A stretch of DNA of 63,984 nt, counting the filler, from Octopus bimaculoides (taxonomy: Eukaryota): assembly GCF_001194135.2 (NCBI RefSeq). It is 5 parts of 5 records of this genome, joined end to end, with 100 filler letters (N's around TTAATTAATTAA, not from the genome) between each part and the next. Parts side by side here need not be neighbours in the genome. Positions count along the whole stretch, not along the records: positions 1 to 27,330 come from NC_068999.1; 4 more parts are not named here. One strand, written 5' to 3'. The translations under genes and the position numbers were made by a program. The stretch's first letter is position 1. Every line of letters starts with the position of its first letter. The notes under the pieces are model-generated. The model was given only the letters and a program-made list of their open reading frames with translations. It ran no database searches and was not told where the DNA came from. Positions 1 to 13,519 of this stretch are shown piece by piece.

Positions 1-370
1 GCAAATCTTTTCTTATCTGCTTCCCCTCTGGCTAAATAAAACCTGTCGCCTAGCTTCCCTTCTGGCAGATTGGTACAATTCCCTGCTACCACCGTTCTTC
101 CAGTCCTTCCAAGCCTGTTTCTTTTGTCTAATAGCTCCGTCTACCTCCTTGTTCCACCACCACGTTACTCTGGGTCGAGAGGGGACTTTACACCAGCCAC
201 AGATCTGGTCGGTGGCTCTCAACAGGTTGTCCCGCAGAAATCTCCAATTGTCTTCCACGTTGTATGATGCTATATCCCCTTCTATTTCGTCAAATGTTTC
301 AAGTAACTTGTCTCTAAGTCTCGGTCCATTTGCAGGGTCTTTAAGCTTCCATACCCTTCTCCTCCTTATC
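1..370 (-). mobile_element. RTE-clade LINE fragment (endonuclease-RT linker)
   Basis: ORF 13..384(-) reads ...NWRFLRDNLLRATDQICGWCKVPSRPRVTWWWNKEVDGAIRQKKQAWKDWK; the TWWWN motif is typical of the RTE ORF linker. Runs off the window edge. Confidence 0.85.
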
Positions 371-402
371 ATATTCTGGTACATTAACAGTATTTTCTTT
401 CA

Positions 403-535
403 GTGCCATATTGTACTACAATGGAGGCATTGACACTACAATGGAGGCAACGGTGTGTGTGCATGCACATGTGTGCCATATTGTACTACAATGGAGGCAA
501 TGATGTGTGTGCATGCTCATGTGTGTGTGCATACA
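403..535. repeat. Local tandem duplication (about 70-bp unit, with an internal short duplication)
   Basis: gtgccatattgtactacaatggaggca occurs twice and actacaatggaggca three times. Confidence 0.8.
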
Positions 536-1179
536 TTTAGTGATGTAAATGCAATGAACATTAAAACGGACAACAAAAGAAAGTAGTAAACATAAGGAGT
601 GTGTGTGTGTGTATTAGTGTGGAATATGTGTGTATATAGAGAGGTTTGACAGTGTGGAAGTGTAGTGGCATTGCTTAGTGGGGATACAGGGTGTTGGTTT
701 CTGTATATGTGTAGTTATTAGGTGGGGAAGAGAAAGCCTGTATGTGAGGAGTGTGTGCAAAGTGTAAGGGAATAAAAGGAGTGATGAAGTCCATAGTATG
801 ACAAGACCAAGGCAGAAGGTGTTACTGATGTGCATATAACAAAAGTATGTAGGGGAGTGAAAATGTTTTTAACAAAGAGAAAAGGTTTTAAAACTAAAAT
901 TTAAAAGTGAAACAAAAATTCTGTAAAGAGAAGGTATGTCAATACAATGGTAAAAGCTCCAGAGAGTTTGATAGAGTGCCCAGAGGATGGTAAGGAATAT
1001 CCATGAAGGAGAAAAATAACTGAGGAGGTGAAAAGCCAAATGTAATGTATGTAATGTAAAACAAAATGATGGAGGGAACAAAATTAGTCTTTTTTGTACT
1101 TTTTGAGAGGAAAGAAACAGTTAGAGAAGTAGTGTGTGAGTGAAGAGGGAGCTAAAAAGTTGAAGGCAGTCAAGCAGAG

Positions 1180-1790
1180 ATGATAGGTGGAAGGTGAAGA
1201 AGAAAGGTGTGATTCAAAGATGTCATCTGGACGAGGAGTGTTGAAATGTTGAAGAATGAGTGTGAGTGAGTGAACATGCAGAGAGTGGAGTGAGGGTAAA
1301 GAATTGGTGTGTGTGCATCCATGCCCCAGTATGTGTAGATAAGTGAAGAGATTGTTGGGGCACATTGAGCAAGCTCCCTAATGTGGAAGGTGTGTTAGTT
1401 GGATTCAATGAAGATGATTGTGGTGGAAATGAAAGGGCAGGTATAGCAGTGAGACAGAAACAAGGAGAGGATCCATAAGGGAGATGGGGTAGGAGAAGAG
1501 CCATGAATGAGAAGGCCGTTTAGGTTGTGGGTATGCTTAAAGGAAAGAATGGATGGGATAAAGAGGAAATAAGTGGTGGTAGGGTCAAATAGGAAGCAGC
1601 AGAAGAGGTGGAGAATGGTGCATTGCATTGCAGGGGAAGGATGATGGGTGGCAGGTAAGGGGAAAGAGTACGTGGTAGGTTGGGCTCCAGACATGAAATG
1701 TTAGGGCTGCAGTGCAATCAATGGCATGGGCATTGGAAAGGCAACTTGGATAAGGGTGGGTGAGTAATTGTCAAGTGGCCACAAGTGGGA
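1180..1790 (-). mobile_element. Penelope-like element, degenerate C-terminal/GIY-YIG region
   Basis: Frameshifted minus-strand peptides LFDPTTTYFLFIPSILSFKHTHNLNGLLIH, HCYTCPFISTT and LILQHFNTPRPDDIFE resemble the PLE motifs DPTT..IFP.PPL.AFRR..SLRD.LVH, C.TCP.I and LIF.LGTL.P.GIN. Confidence 0.65.
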
Positions 1791-1799
1791 CCTGGGCAT

Positions 1800-2790
1800 G
1801 AAAGTCACAATCCTCTATATTTAGCAGCCTCTCAAAGTAGCACTTACAACATGCCTCTTTCTAAAGAATGTCAGAGTGCTGTTATAATTCCATAAACACT
1901 TTTCTTCAACAACATTTCGATTTTTCTATAGTGCACTATCTAGCAAAGCAGAACACCTTGAATATCTGATCCTCACTTCAAAGAATATGTGTAAACTTCT
2001 TTTCTGTCTCTCACTTTGTTTTTTTTATGTCAGTCAATTACCTTATTTTTTAGCTATCTAGTATTTTTCTTTTTTACTGTTGCTGTCTCTCTTCTAGTTT
2101 GTCAAGCCTGTCTTTTCATTATTACTGCACTATCTACAATATTATTCCACCATCACATTACCTTGCATTTGGTTGGAACCTTGCACCAGTCACAAATCTG
2201 GTTTGCAGTCTCCAGCAGATTGTCCTTCAAAAACTGTTAGTTATAAAATAAGTTATATGTCTCCATCTCCTTCTTTCTACTATCATAAACATTACTTAAT
2301 ATCACTCTGAATTTATGGGCAACAGAGGGCTCTTTAAACTAAAGGTCTTCCGCTTCCAAATAGTTATTTGTTTCTAAGTCAGAGTAGCCCTTGTTTTATA
2401 GTTGCTAACCAGTAATCTATGTCAAGGAAGTGATATTTTTCAGTCATTTTGCCTATAGTGCTTTCAGACAAGAATACAGTTTATCTGGTTTGTGTACTCA
2501 CCTGATTGGTAACTGATTAAAAAGCTGGTTTTCATGGCTTGTGTTCTAGATCATGAGATCATTTGTATCACAGAACTCTAGTTTTGATTTCTCCTAATTT
2601 CTTGTACTGTAACCATAGCTACCATGTACTCCACAAAAACCAGTATGGTGTTATTGAACATGTCAGTAAAATTACCAGTTGCAATAAAGAAATTGTTATC
2701 TGTTACCAAGTGAGTCTAAAAGGTGTGGGGAGGGACTAACTTTCTTTTCAGCCACCAGCTCTGAATGTGGTATATATGTGGAGATAACTG
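1800..2790 (-). mobile_element. RTE LINE fragment (AP endonuclease plus linker), decayed
   Basis: Minus strand gives GHV..HHTGFCGVHGSYGY, LEFCDTNDLMI and YQSGEYTNQI; 2145-2235 is homologous to 150-240 of the first RTE copy. Confidence 0.8.
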
Positions 2791-2837
2791 TTTCAGTGTT
2801 TTGCCTATAACTAGTATAAGTTTAACAATTCTATCGC

Positions 2838-2940
<103 letters not shown>

Positions 2941-3059
2941 GGGCGTGTACTGAAAGAGCCAATATGTATGCTTCTTACAGTGTATGTGTACAGAAATTTA
3001 TCAACCTGGGAAGGTGCTTAATTTAAGAGTAAGAGAGGACCAACTGTCTTCAAAGCACT

Positions 3060-5130
3060 GCTGCTTTGTGGCAGTACCCACCATGGGAAAGGCTTCAAGA
3101 GTAAATCCTGAGGTAAAATCCAGAGCTAAGGCAGTCCAACATTGTTTTCAACGTTGTTCTGGTAACATCTGCAACGATACTGGTGCCAAGCTGTACTGGC
3201 CCTTGCATTTCCTTTGGACAACATTAGTGGCATGGGAAAGGGAAATTCCACTGCATGGGCAACTGAAGGTCACCCATACTAAATCTGCCAAGGTCTCAGC
3301 TCTTCAGAGGACATTCAATCATCACCTCAAAATGGTGGTGCAACATGGAAAGCAGCAGTGTACTGGTTATAAGCCTGCACTCAGACAGGCGTGGAACTGG
3401 GCACTATGGGCAGCTTTTAATGGTGGAAGAGGCCATCGTATCTTGCTAGACAGCTACTGCCTACCTCAGATTGGGCAAACACCAGCCAACTAGGAGCTGT
3501 CCCACAAGAGTCCACCTGTTTCATTGGGTGCATGGGGTTTATGGATATATGTAGCCTGAATTTTGGATGGTAAATACTGTACCAGGCATAACAAGAAGAC
3601 AAAGAAAAAGTCAGCACTCCAGTACTGTACTACCAGTCCACCTGCCTCACTGGGTGCAACGAGCTTAAGGCTACAAGTAGTCTTAATTACAGATGATAAA
3701 CACTGCACCAGGCATAACAAGAAGAGAAAAGAAGCCAGAACTCAGGTTAAGATACTGGAACATACAGACCATGTCTGTAATACCATCAAATAACCTCCTG
3801 AAGATCTGTGACACATAATAGCCTGCAGCGATTAATAGCAAACAGCAAAAATTTCAAGAAGCCATGGCGACACTGCAAGAAATATATCATACAGAATTAG
3901 GAGCACTACATGAGATTATACTGTTTCTAGACAGGGAAATAGCCTAGAAAAGACTAGAGAGCAAGGTGTAGGCTTTTATGTAAAAAAACTCACTCTTAAG
4001 AATTGTGTAGTTCAGCAAGAGAGGGACTGAGCAGATTTTCTAACTTTGACTCTATACATTCAATGGACCTGTTAGCCTTGTCAGTGTATGCTCTGAAACT
4101 TTATTCTGCATAAAATACAAAGAATGAATTCTAGGACGACCAGGGGCAGCAACTGGTGCTTGGTGAATTAATTGCTTGGGGCAGTATGGACAATGATTGC
4201 TTGAGTTTTGCACATTCCATAGATTGTGTGTCACCAACTCTGACTTCCAAAATAAGTGTAGTACAAAGTGTCTGGGAGACATTTCTACTCTTCCAAACAT
4301 TGGTACCAAGTAGAGCTGACATTCACATAACACAGCTACTTGATGAATGATTCCATTCTTTCAAAGTATCAACTGCAACATGGATTGTTCTTTGCTTTGC
4401 TGCAAGATTAGGTTTCAAGCCAAAGAAGGTGCATTATATGAATCCATCTGCTAAGGTGAGCATTGATGCCACTATGGCATGACATCCAGATAAAATAGAA
4501 GAATTCATCAGGTTACTGTAGGATGCCCTCTTTGCAGACTCATTAGGTAGAATATGCAGATGAAAGAGAACTTCCTTGGGGACACCATCTCTGTACTGAA
4601 AGCCTTTAGTAAGAAACACGGTGCAAGACATAAGACATTTGAAGCAAGTTTAAACAAGCTTACAGTTGTCATTGAAGCAAAGTAAGCTTCTATACTCAAA
4701 CTTAAACACCACCATGACCAGGCAACCTTTCAAGAAATAAGAACAGCAAGGTGCAAGGCTCATAAAATACCCAGGTACTTTGCTAATGACTACTGGCTTC
4801 AGTTTTGCAATGGCATCCAATTATCATTTGACACAGATATATTCATGGAATATATAATGGCACAAAAAAGATCATCTGCCCCACCATGATCAGCACAACA
4901 CAAATGAAAACCTTAACATGTGAGACCCTTAAAGACAAAGGCAAGCAGATGCAATGATAGGTAGAACATTATTGTAAATTTTACTTCACGAAAAAACACC
5001 AACTCAAATATCATGCTTGACACCATGGAATGTCTGCTGGGGAACAGGATAAGGAATTCACTGTCTCCCAATTGGTAAGGTATGAGGATTAGATGGCATC
5101 CCACCAGGAGCCATCAAGTGTGCAAAGAAA
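3060..5130 (+). mobile_element. RTE-BovB-like LINE, 5' half (UTR, AP endonuclease, start of RT), decayed
   Basis: Frameshifted peptides such as RQGNSLEKTREQGVGF, VSWRH..SKHWYQ.EL, EEFIRLL.DAL, ANDYWLQFC and DKGKQM..VEHY follow RTE-BovB ORF order. About 130-bp tandem duplication at 3510-3740. Confidence 0.85.
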
Positions 5131-5658
5131 TAGGAATAGTAAATAGTGAATACTTTTTTACTGCACTCTGTAGTAACAGCACTTGGTTAACTAAATCAAT
5201 GAGTGATAACCATTGTGAACTATATAAACCAGCGATTACTATTGTACTCCAGTTTGAAAAATAAATCCAAAGTTTGCTTTTGAAGATTTCAGAGTATAGT
5301 ATAAAATACAAAGAAGAATGGTGAATTATATTTTTATTTCATAATTTGTAATCCATAATTCACTTATATGCATTTCCGATGAGTTGGCATTACCTAAAGC
5401 ACTGATGTGTAAATTCTGCGCCTAAATTGATCCATAATTACTTAACTACATTCTTTATAGTATAGACACTCTGAGAAGGATGAGCTACAGTTGATTTTTA
5501 AGGTCTGTGTAATGCTGTAGTCAATTAATAATGGATCAATTAAAGTGCTGAATTAACACATCATTGTATTGTATAGCACTAACTCATCTGAACATGTGTA
5601 AGCAAATTGTAGACTACAAATTATAAAATAAATATATTATTTTCTATTCTTCTGTGTG

Positions 5659-5748
<90 letters not shown>
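5659..5748. repeat. (TA)n microsatellite abutting a LINE tail
   Basis: Pure TA run. Confidence 0.98.
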
Positions 5749-5750
<2 letters not shown>

Positions 5751-7260
5751 TCACCATCATCATCATGATCATTTAACATCTGTTGACCAGGGCTGGTAAG
5801 CTGAGGGGCTGCACCAGACTCTGGTCTGATTTGGTATGGTTTCTATGGCTGGATGCCCTTCCTAATGCCATCTACTTCAAGAGTGTAATGGGTGCTCTTA
5901 TGTTCCACTGGTATTGGTGCCAGTTACTTCACCACCTGGTCCCATGTCTTCCTCTATCACAGGTTCCCTCTACAGTTACAGACTGGCACTGCTTCACTCA
6001 GCTGTCCTCGTCCATACACATCACATGTCAGCGTAGCCATATACATCATATACCAGTGCAGTCATCTCTTTAGCACACCACATCTGATGCCTCTTATGCC
6101 CAACTTTTCTCGCAGGATGCTTACACTCTGTTGTACATGCACACTGACATTGCACAACCAGCGAAGCATACTAGCTTCATTTCTTTCAAGCCTACACATG
6201 TCCTCAGTGGTCACAGCTCATGTTTCACTGCCATGTAGCATAGCTGTTAGCACACAGGCATCATACAGTCTGCCTTTCACTCTGAGGGAGAGGTCATTTG
6301 TTGTCAACAGAGGCAGGAGCTCTCTGAACTTTGCCCAGCCTATTCTTTTTCTTGCACCTACACTCTTGGAGTATCCACCTCTGATGAGTTGGTCACCTAG
6401 ACAATGGAAGCTATCTACTACATCTAGTTTACCACACTGGCAGTTAATGAAGTCTATTTTCTGTACATTTTTAGTGTTTATTGTATATCTGTGTAGCTTC
6501 CACAAGCAAAAACTATTTTCCCAGTTAACCTTCCTCTGATATTGCTGCATCTCTTATGTGTCCATAGCTTGCACTGGGTACATCTTATGGAGTTTCTACC
6601 TATGCCTTTTCTACAGATTGAGTGGGTCCATCTGCCTGAAGAGATTTGTGATTTGTCCACCTTCCTACTTACTAAGACTTTGTTTTTTTGCTAGGTTAAC
6701 TCTAAGGCCCTTTAATTCTAGACCTTGCTTCCATGCCTGAAACTTCTCTAGATCTAGTAGTGATTTGGCCATAAGAGCAAGATCGTCAGCATAGAGGAGT
6801 TCCCAGGGGCAGCCCATCTTAAATTCCCCTGTTATTGTCTGGAGGATTATGATGAACAAGAGAGGGCTGAGGACCAATCCTTGGTGAACCCCTATTCTAC
6901 CCTAAATTCGTTGCTGTACTTGTTGCCAATTTTCACCTTACTGACAGTCTCCCTATACATGGCTTGTACAGCTCTCACCAACCACTCATCTATCCCTAGC
7001 TTCTGCATTCACCACCAGATAAGGGAGTGGGGGACTCTGTCAGAGGCGTTCTCCATGTCAAAATCCAGGTAAGGTACAGGGGCTTATTTTTGGCTAGATA
7101 TTTCTCCTGCAGGTGCCAAACTAGGAATATAGCAGCACTTGCGCTCCTGTCTGGCACAAATCTGAACTGCATCACATCTACACTAACTCTCTCCCTATTT
7201 AATTGAGCTATGACCCTTTCAGTGACTTTCATCACCTGGTCCAGCAGTTTGATGCCTCTG
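5748..7260 (-). mobile_element. RTE LINE 3' half (RT with YADD, Cys-rich insert, thumb, 3' UTR with (GAT)n tail)
   Basis: ORFs 6996..7235 (QFRFVPDRS..AIF...LQEKYLAKNKPLY), 6665..6877 (LSPLLF...ELLYADDLAL) and 6218..6550 (LRVKGRLYDACVLTAMLHGSET); the tail reads catcatcat on +. Confidence 0.93.
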
Positions 7261-7305
<45 letters not shown>

Positions 7306-7799
7306 NNNNNNNNNNNNNNNNNNNNNNNNNNNNNNNNNNNNNNNNNNNNNNNNNNNNNNNNNNNNNNNNNNNNNNNNNNNNNNNNNNNNNNNNNNNNNNN
7401 NNNNNNNNNNNNNNNNNNNNNNNNNNNNNNNNNNNNNNNNNNNNNNNNNNNNNNNNNNNNNNNNNNNNNNNNNNNNNNNNNNNNNNNNNNNNNNNNNNNN
7501 NNNNNNNNNNNNNNNNNNNNNNNNNNNNNNNNNNNNNNNNNNNNNNNNNNNNNNNNNNNNNNNNNNNNNNNNNNNNNNNNNNNNNNNNNNNNNNNNNNNN
7601 NNNNNNNNNNNNNNNNNNNNNNNNNNNNNNNNNNNNNNNNNNNNNNNNNNNNNNATATATATAGGTGAGAAAGCTGGTATGTGAAAGCATGTGGTTGGAT
7701 GTATAAAAGAGTGAAAAAACTACAGAAGGCTTGTGTTACATGGTTAAAGTATATATTTAAATTGTTATGTCAGAAAAATGTTATAAAATTTTGGGTATA

Positions 7800-8560
7800 G
7801 AGAATTTGTTTTCAGTCAATTCTTGGTCAGCTTTTCTGTGTGCTTTGAACTGTCATCCTGTTGAAAGGCCCATCCTTGTTCCAAGTTTAGGGAGCAGGCA
7901 CTAGGTATTAAACATTACTCTAAAATCCCCCTATATTTTTTGCCATCCATTCTTCCTTTGATTCCAATCTTCCAACACCTGATGAGCAAAGACAAGCCCA
8001 TACCATTACTGATCCACCTCCGAATTTTACTGTAGGAATAGTATTCTTTAGTGCATATTCTGCACTGTCCTTTCGCCAAACCTTGTAGATAGAATTTCTG
8101 CTGCAAACCTCAATCTTAGTTTCGTCAGACCAAACTACATTTTCCCAGTATGCTGCTGGTTCATTTAGATGTTTTTTTGCAAAGGTCAAACAAGCTTTAA
8201 CTTAAGTAATTCTTGGAGAAGGAGAAATGAGATTGTAACAACAAAGTGATCTACTAATTGTATCCTTGCTCACATGTGCTTCATATGCTTCCAGTGTAGT
8301 TTGTGGTCTATTACTAGCTATTCTTGCAAATAATTTTTGTTGTACACTCTACTAACTTATGTGGGTGACCAGAGCAGACTAGAGAAAGAATGGAATTGTG
8401 AGATTTCCAGTTACATATTATTGTACCATCTGAACTCAGGGATACATTACACTGTGCAGAGATCTTTCCGTATCTACTACTTGTCTCATGGAGGTTAACA
8501 ATATGCCCATGGAGGTCTTGACAAATTAGTTTATTATAACCCATGATGATGATGTTTATT
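7800..8560 (-). mobile_element. Tc1-family (DD34E) transposase pseudogene
   Basis: N-terminal HTH-like ORF 8314..8544, VVWSDETKIE...TVKFGGGSVMVW in 7920..8189, and FQQDDSSKHT downstream. Confidence 0.9.
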
Positions 8561-8887
8561 CTACTATGATATTGTCAGAATTAATGCAATGGCTATAAAT
8601 GCTTACAAACAAAACTTCCTGAATCTTCAAGAGCACTAGATATTCTCGAAAAAAAATATCATTCTTATTCAAAATATCAGGGAAATTATTCAGTTGAGTT
8701 AAATGTGTTGTAAGCTTTTGTGTCTTGAATTTCAACTTCTTTCCATATAAAATTTTTCCATTTATTATTATGTAATTGTGATTGTTGCATCGAATTTATT
8801 ACAAAAAAACTCCATAAATGGTGGAAATTTCATTAACATGTGTAAACTTGGATTTTTGACTGTGTGTTGTAAACTTCTGCACGGCAC

Positions 8888-8924
<37 letters not shown>

Positions 8925-9120
8925 CATCATCATCATTATCATTTAGCATCTGCTTTCCATGTTGGCATAGATTAGACAGTTTGATTGAAACCGGTAAGCT
9001 TAGAGGCAATTGGTACTAATTCTAAATGTGTAGGGAAGATAATCTCAAAAAGAAGGAATTCTCCAAACATGATGTCTTTGAGAAAAAGCCAATCTGATTG
9101 TCTAGAGACAAGAGGACTGC
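8925..9120 (-). mobile_element. RTE-type 3' tail fragment
   Basis: catcatcat followed by tttagcatctgctttccatgttggcatagattagacagtttg, the same tail as at 5748 and 59520. Confidence 0.6.
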
Positions 9121-9161
9121 AGTAGGCACATATTTCTGTTTTAATAATCATCAGCAGCAAT

Positions 9162-9486
9162 AACTGGCACTCTGTCAGTTACGATGACAAGTGTTCCAGT
9201 TGATCCGATCAATGGAACAGTCTGCTCATGAAATTAATATGCATGTGGCTGAGTACTCCACAGACATGTGTACCCTTAATGTAGTTCTTAGGGAGATTCA
9301 GCATGACACAGAGTGAAATAAGGATGGTCCTTTGAAATACAGGTACTACTCGTTTTTGCCAGCTGAGTTGAGTAGAGCAACATGAAATAAAGTGTCTTGC
9401 TCAAGGATACAATGAATCATTGAGAATTGAACTCACAACTTTGTTACCAAGAGCCAAATACCCTAACCACTAAGCCATGTGCCTTC
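9162..9486 (-). mobile_element. tRNA-derived SINE (family 3, CORE-like centre)
   Basis: Minus strand has A box TGGCTTAGTGG, B-box-like GAGTTCAATTC and CORE-like tccttgagcaagacactt. Confidence 0.8.
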
Positions 9487-10269
9487 ACTTATCAGCAATA
9501 AACCTACTTTATCATCAGTAGCTGAGACATATTCAAGAAAGAGCAGAACACTTGTAAACGCTTAACATATAGATATAACATAGTGTAGAAAACATTTATA
9601 CGCTAGATAATTTGCATAAATGAAATGAAAATGAGCTGAGGGAAAAAAACTGCAGTGGCCACTGGCATATATTTGAATGGTGATGTCAAATAAGTTTATA
9701 TTAAATAACATGCAAAATAAATGCTGGATTTATTAAAAACATCTCTGCTTCTAGAGAAGGGAGACCAACACTTCAGTGGCAATTGATACAGTGAGATAAT
9801 CACAAGAATTATTAAAAAATTAAAGAACAGACAATCAGATTGTCTGAAAACAAAAGGATAACTGTAACAAGTTGTGTGATAATTGTTATCATTTTACAAG
9901 TGTTACCATTCATTTCCAATCTTCCATGTGTGTATTATGTGTGTGTGTCATGCACTTAATGTTGATGAATGTCACCATTATACATTCATTTGTGATCTAT
10001 GAAATCATGGTCAGTTATGTTTGTTATGCATGTTCAATATGCTTGGGCAAATATTACATTACTTGGAAATTAGGGAATGTTGGGGACATGAAGTACATTT
10101 CACCAAGCTGCCTCAATGATTTTCATTTGAGCTATATAAGCAAAGAAAAGTGCATGTCAAAAACATTATGATGATGATATAGTTATATATGTATAGATTA
10201 TGAGAAATATTTGAGGAAATTATCAGTATTTTAATCTCATCGAACCAACTAAAAGGTTTTTATTTCTTT

Positions 10270-11310
10270 CAGATCTCCCATGGCAGATAAAATGTTCGCC
10301 TATGAAATGAAAAGATACGCAGTCATTGTTGTCTTATGTGCAGAACAGCGATTTAGAAATTGCCAGCTTTCTAAATGTTACAAGAATATTTTAACATAAA
10401 GTTCAGACAGAATTGGAAGGTTTCGATTATATCAAAGGTAGTGGTGGTGGTGGGGAGACGCATTCTAAAAGTTCAGACATTGTAAAGACACCACAATTCA
10501 TCCAACAGTTTTAAAACATTATTGATAATGATCCAAGAAAATCAATGAGACCATTGTCAAAGAACTTCAGGTGTTGGAGTGAACTATCTGAACTGCCATG
10601 CATAAGGACATACAATGCAAGTCCTATGTACTGAGTAGAGGCTAATTCATGTCTGCAAAGATACAGGAAAACTATTTGAGCCATACCAAATGGTTACTTA
10701 ACAAGGTTAAAAATCTTCATGAAAATGGCATGCTTTGGTTCTTCTCTGATGAGAAAGACATCAACCAAGACCAAAAGTCTAACAGGAGAAATTATATGCA
10801 GATCCTTCTGATGTACTTAGAGTGATGCACACTCTCTTTACAGCAATTGTGATAGTTTTAAGAGTGGTGAGTAACCAAGCTCATGTCATGTCACCTCACA
10901 ACTTTCCACAGGGTCTTAGAACTAATGTTGCTGGATTCGTTGGGGGTACTGAAGATAGTTGTTAAGCTCTGACTGGATAAAGTACATAGTGCAAGACCAT
11001 ACATGTCTCAACAAGACTCAGCAACTTCTCAACGACCCATGTAACCCAAGAATGGATGTTGGACAATCTTTACGATCATATAACATTAATTGTAGCCTTA
11101 AAACTCATATTTAAATTCCACGGACTACTATGCTTGAAGTGTTATTGAAAAGGAGATTAATTGACATCCTCACAATGCCATAGCTTCACTGAACACTGTC
11201 ATTGTTCCAGTGATATTTAGTATAGACATGCCAAAGACTCTGGTCTTGCATTTGAAGCAGTCATTGATGCCTCAGATAAATCTTATAAGAAAGTTTATCA
11301 AGAACAGGTG
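10270..11310 (+). mobile_element. maT/DD37D-like Tc1-mariner transposase pseudogene
   Basis: Decayed peptides MKRYAVIV, DIVKTPQFIQQ..IIDNDPRKSMR, LWFFSDEK..NQDQKSNRR, HVMSPHNFPQGLR, QQDSA and LNSTDYY. Subfamily assignment is from recall. Confidence 0.8.
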
Positions 11311-11739
11311 CACAAGTTTTACTAAAATACATTTGGTTTTGCTAGATAAAAGTTATTTCATTAAATTCGCAAATATGCCTTACACCCTCTCTATATTTTC
11401 TATATTTAGAATAAAAGCAGAAAGTAGAAATTTGATATATAATTAATTATTTAAAACAAACACATATATCATGCTGCTTCCTATAGCTTCATCATAATCC
11501 TAGCTCAAGGATTTTTCATCATTGAGGCTTATCTCCCTAGGGTGATTATTTTAGTTTGAATCCTGGCCCTTGACCTGTCTGGCATAGACAAATTTCTGCC
11601 AGCATAGCTCTTGGGATCAATTGGAGCACACATAAACAAACACAAAAATGTTAAAAAATATAGGATTTAAAAATACAGAGAGAATATAACTGTATAGACA
11701 ATATATACATATGCACATATTGCTGGATGACCATTGATT

Positions 11740-12130
11740 ACTCATGGATTCCTTTGCCCTTTGATGAGTTTTACTTTTTGTCTCACAAAGTGTCCAAGAG
11801 TCACCCTCCTCATCAAGCAAGCTCAATGAGGTTGCCAATTTAGTCATTGACAACCTGACCATGCAACAGTCTGCATTGGGTTACATGTTACCAATAGTGT
11901 TGATAAAGATTTGACACAAGGTGGAAGAGCAAAGTCAATGGTCAGGGTCACCCAGTTCAGTAAGGCACCTACTGTAACATTTATAGATGTGACATTTGTA
12001 GATGGAATGTTCAGCTAATGAAGAATAAGCATGACCTTTTCTCATATCAGATGCTTAAACTGCATCACCTGTCATGCAGGTCGACAAAGGACATTGTTTC
12101 ATCATCACAACATGCTGGAACCACTGCATA
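11740..12130 (-). mobile_element. Possible heavily decayed Tc1 N-terminal fragment
   Basis: Only weak similarity (RCLTELGDPDH, LLVTCNPMQTV) to the Tc1 DNA-binding region. Confidence 0.3.
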
Positions 12131-12347
12131 GTACAAATTTTCATGTACATTAGTCTTCATAGTGATAATTTTAATATCTTTTATATTAGTTGTTTAATTG
12201 CTTGGAACACTAAATGTTAAGAGAGTTTCATCAATGTTTGCTATTTAAGACAATTCAAATTAAACTTCTTTTCTTCACTTTGAAAAGTATAAATTTTCAT
12301 CTCAAATTCACTAGGCGTTTTTAGAGCAATTTTTGTTTTCATTCCAG

Positions 12348-12377
12348 GCTTTGTGTTTCATGAACCAATAATACTAT
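12348..12377 (+). CDS. Candidate 30-nt micro-exon
   Basis: ttttgttttcattccag|...|gtaagg; open only in phase 1 (FVFHEPIIL). Confidence 0.3.
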
Positions 12378-12422
12378 GTAAGGCCTGTAAAATCTTCTAA
12401 ACTATTATCACGTGCAATCCTT

Positions 12423-12633
12423 CTGGTGCCACGTAAAAAGCACCTGTCCTGGTGCCATATAAAGAGCACCGAGTACTCTGTAAGGTGGATGGCATTAGGA
12501 AGGACATCCAGTCATAGAAACGAAGTCAAAACACATGACTGGAACATGGTGAAGCTCTCTGGCTTGCCAGCTCCAGCTAAATCCTCCAACCCATACCAGT
12601 GTGGAAAATAGACATCAGCTGATGATGATGATA
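12423..12633 (+). mobile_element. RTE-type 3' tail (5'-truncated copy)
   Basis: ggtgccacgtaaaaagcacc...ggcattaggaaggacatccag...ccaacccatacc ending in gatgatgatga. Confidence 0.8.
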
Positions 12634-12868
12634 GATAGTCTTTGCCTTCTTTCATCTACAACCTATTCCTAGAGTTTAGTTTTAAGATCTTGCCATTTTA
12701 CTTTTTCCCCCTACCAAACTGTGTTTATCATTTTCAATGGTTTTAAATTTTTCTTTTTGATTGAGTCGACTCTGTTGGTGGAGGACCAAAATATCATTCA
12801 ATAGCGTTATCTTTGCACAATTTATCACAATCTGAATTTAACCGTGCATGATAGTCTCTTTTCTTTAG

Positions 12869-12906
12869 GCATTGTGAATGAAGTGGGAAAAAAAACTGAA
12901 TGCAAA
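12869..12906 (+). CDS. Candidate 38-nt micro-exon
   Basis: tctcttttctttag|...|gtaaag; phase 1 to 0, IVNEVGKKTECK. Confidence 0.25.
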
Positions 12907-13519
12907 GTAAAGGAATAAGTTATTTTGCTCCCTACACCTAAGATATGGTGTTTTGGCTTTGGTTACACATCCAGATTAATTGTAAGCACTGCAAAGTAAC
13001 TGATAAAAATTGTAAAACTGATTAAGCAATTGCCAATGCTAATTGCATTAAATGCTTTGATTGGTCAACTGCATTGCACATTTGAAATCCAAAGCAAGTG
13101 ATTATAAACAATTTTATATTCGTGAAAAATGTTAGGGCTGAAATTCTTCCATAATGAAAATGGCCTTATTCTAGCCCACATTTAACAACAATCACCATGT
13201 ATTTACAAACTCTTTCACTCTCATCAATTACTATAATTCATTTTACTATTTTTTAGAAAATATTATGAAGAGTTTTCATTCTAAAAGAAAAATACTTCTA
13301 TTGAAATAAATAACACATTCAGATGAGTTGTACTATCCATTTTTATTTAAATATATCTTGACATGGCTTATATATAGCACATATACATACATATATATTA
13401 TTCATGCTTTCAATGCATAGATGCAAACAGATTTAGACATCAAGTTTTGGGGTTAAAAATGTATGCCTTAAGTGCTGAAAAATGTAGTCAATGTGCATGT
13501 GTAGCTATATATATATATA

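Noticed and set aside
2495-2510. Perfect minus-strand donor CAG|GTGAGTA
   Set aside because: Lies inside the RTE endonuclease fossil (YQSGEYT).
8579-8710. Protein-like frame INAMAINAYKQ / LPESSRALDILEKKYHSYSKYQGNYSVELNV before gtaagc
   Set aside because: Needs a frameshift and overlaps the upstream region of the Tc1 fossil; likely chance.
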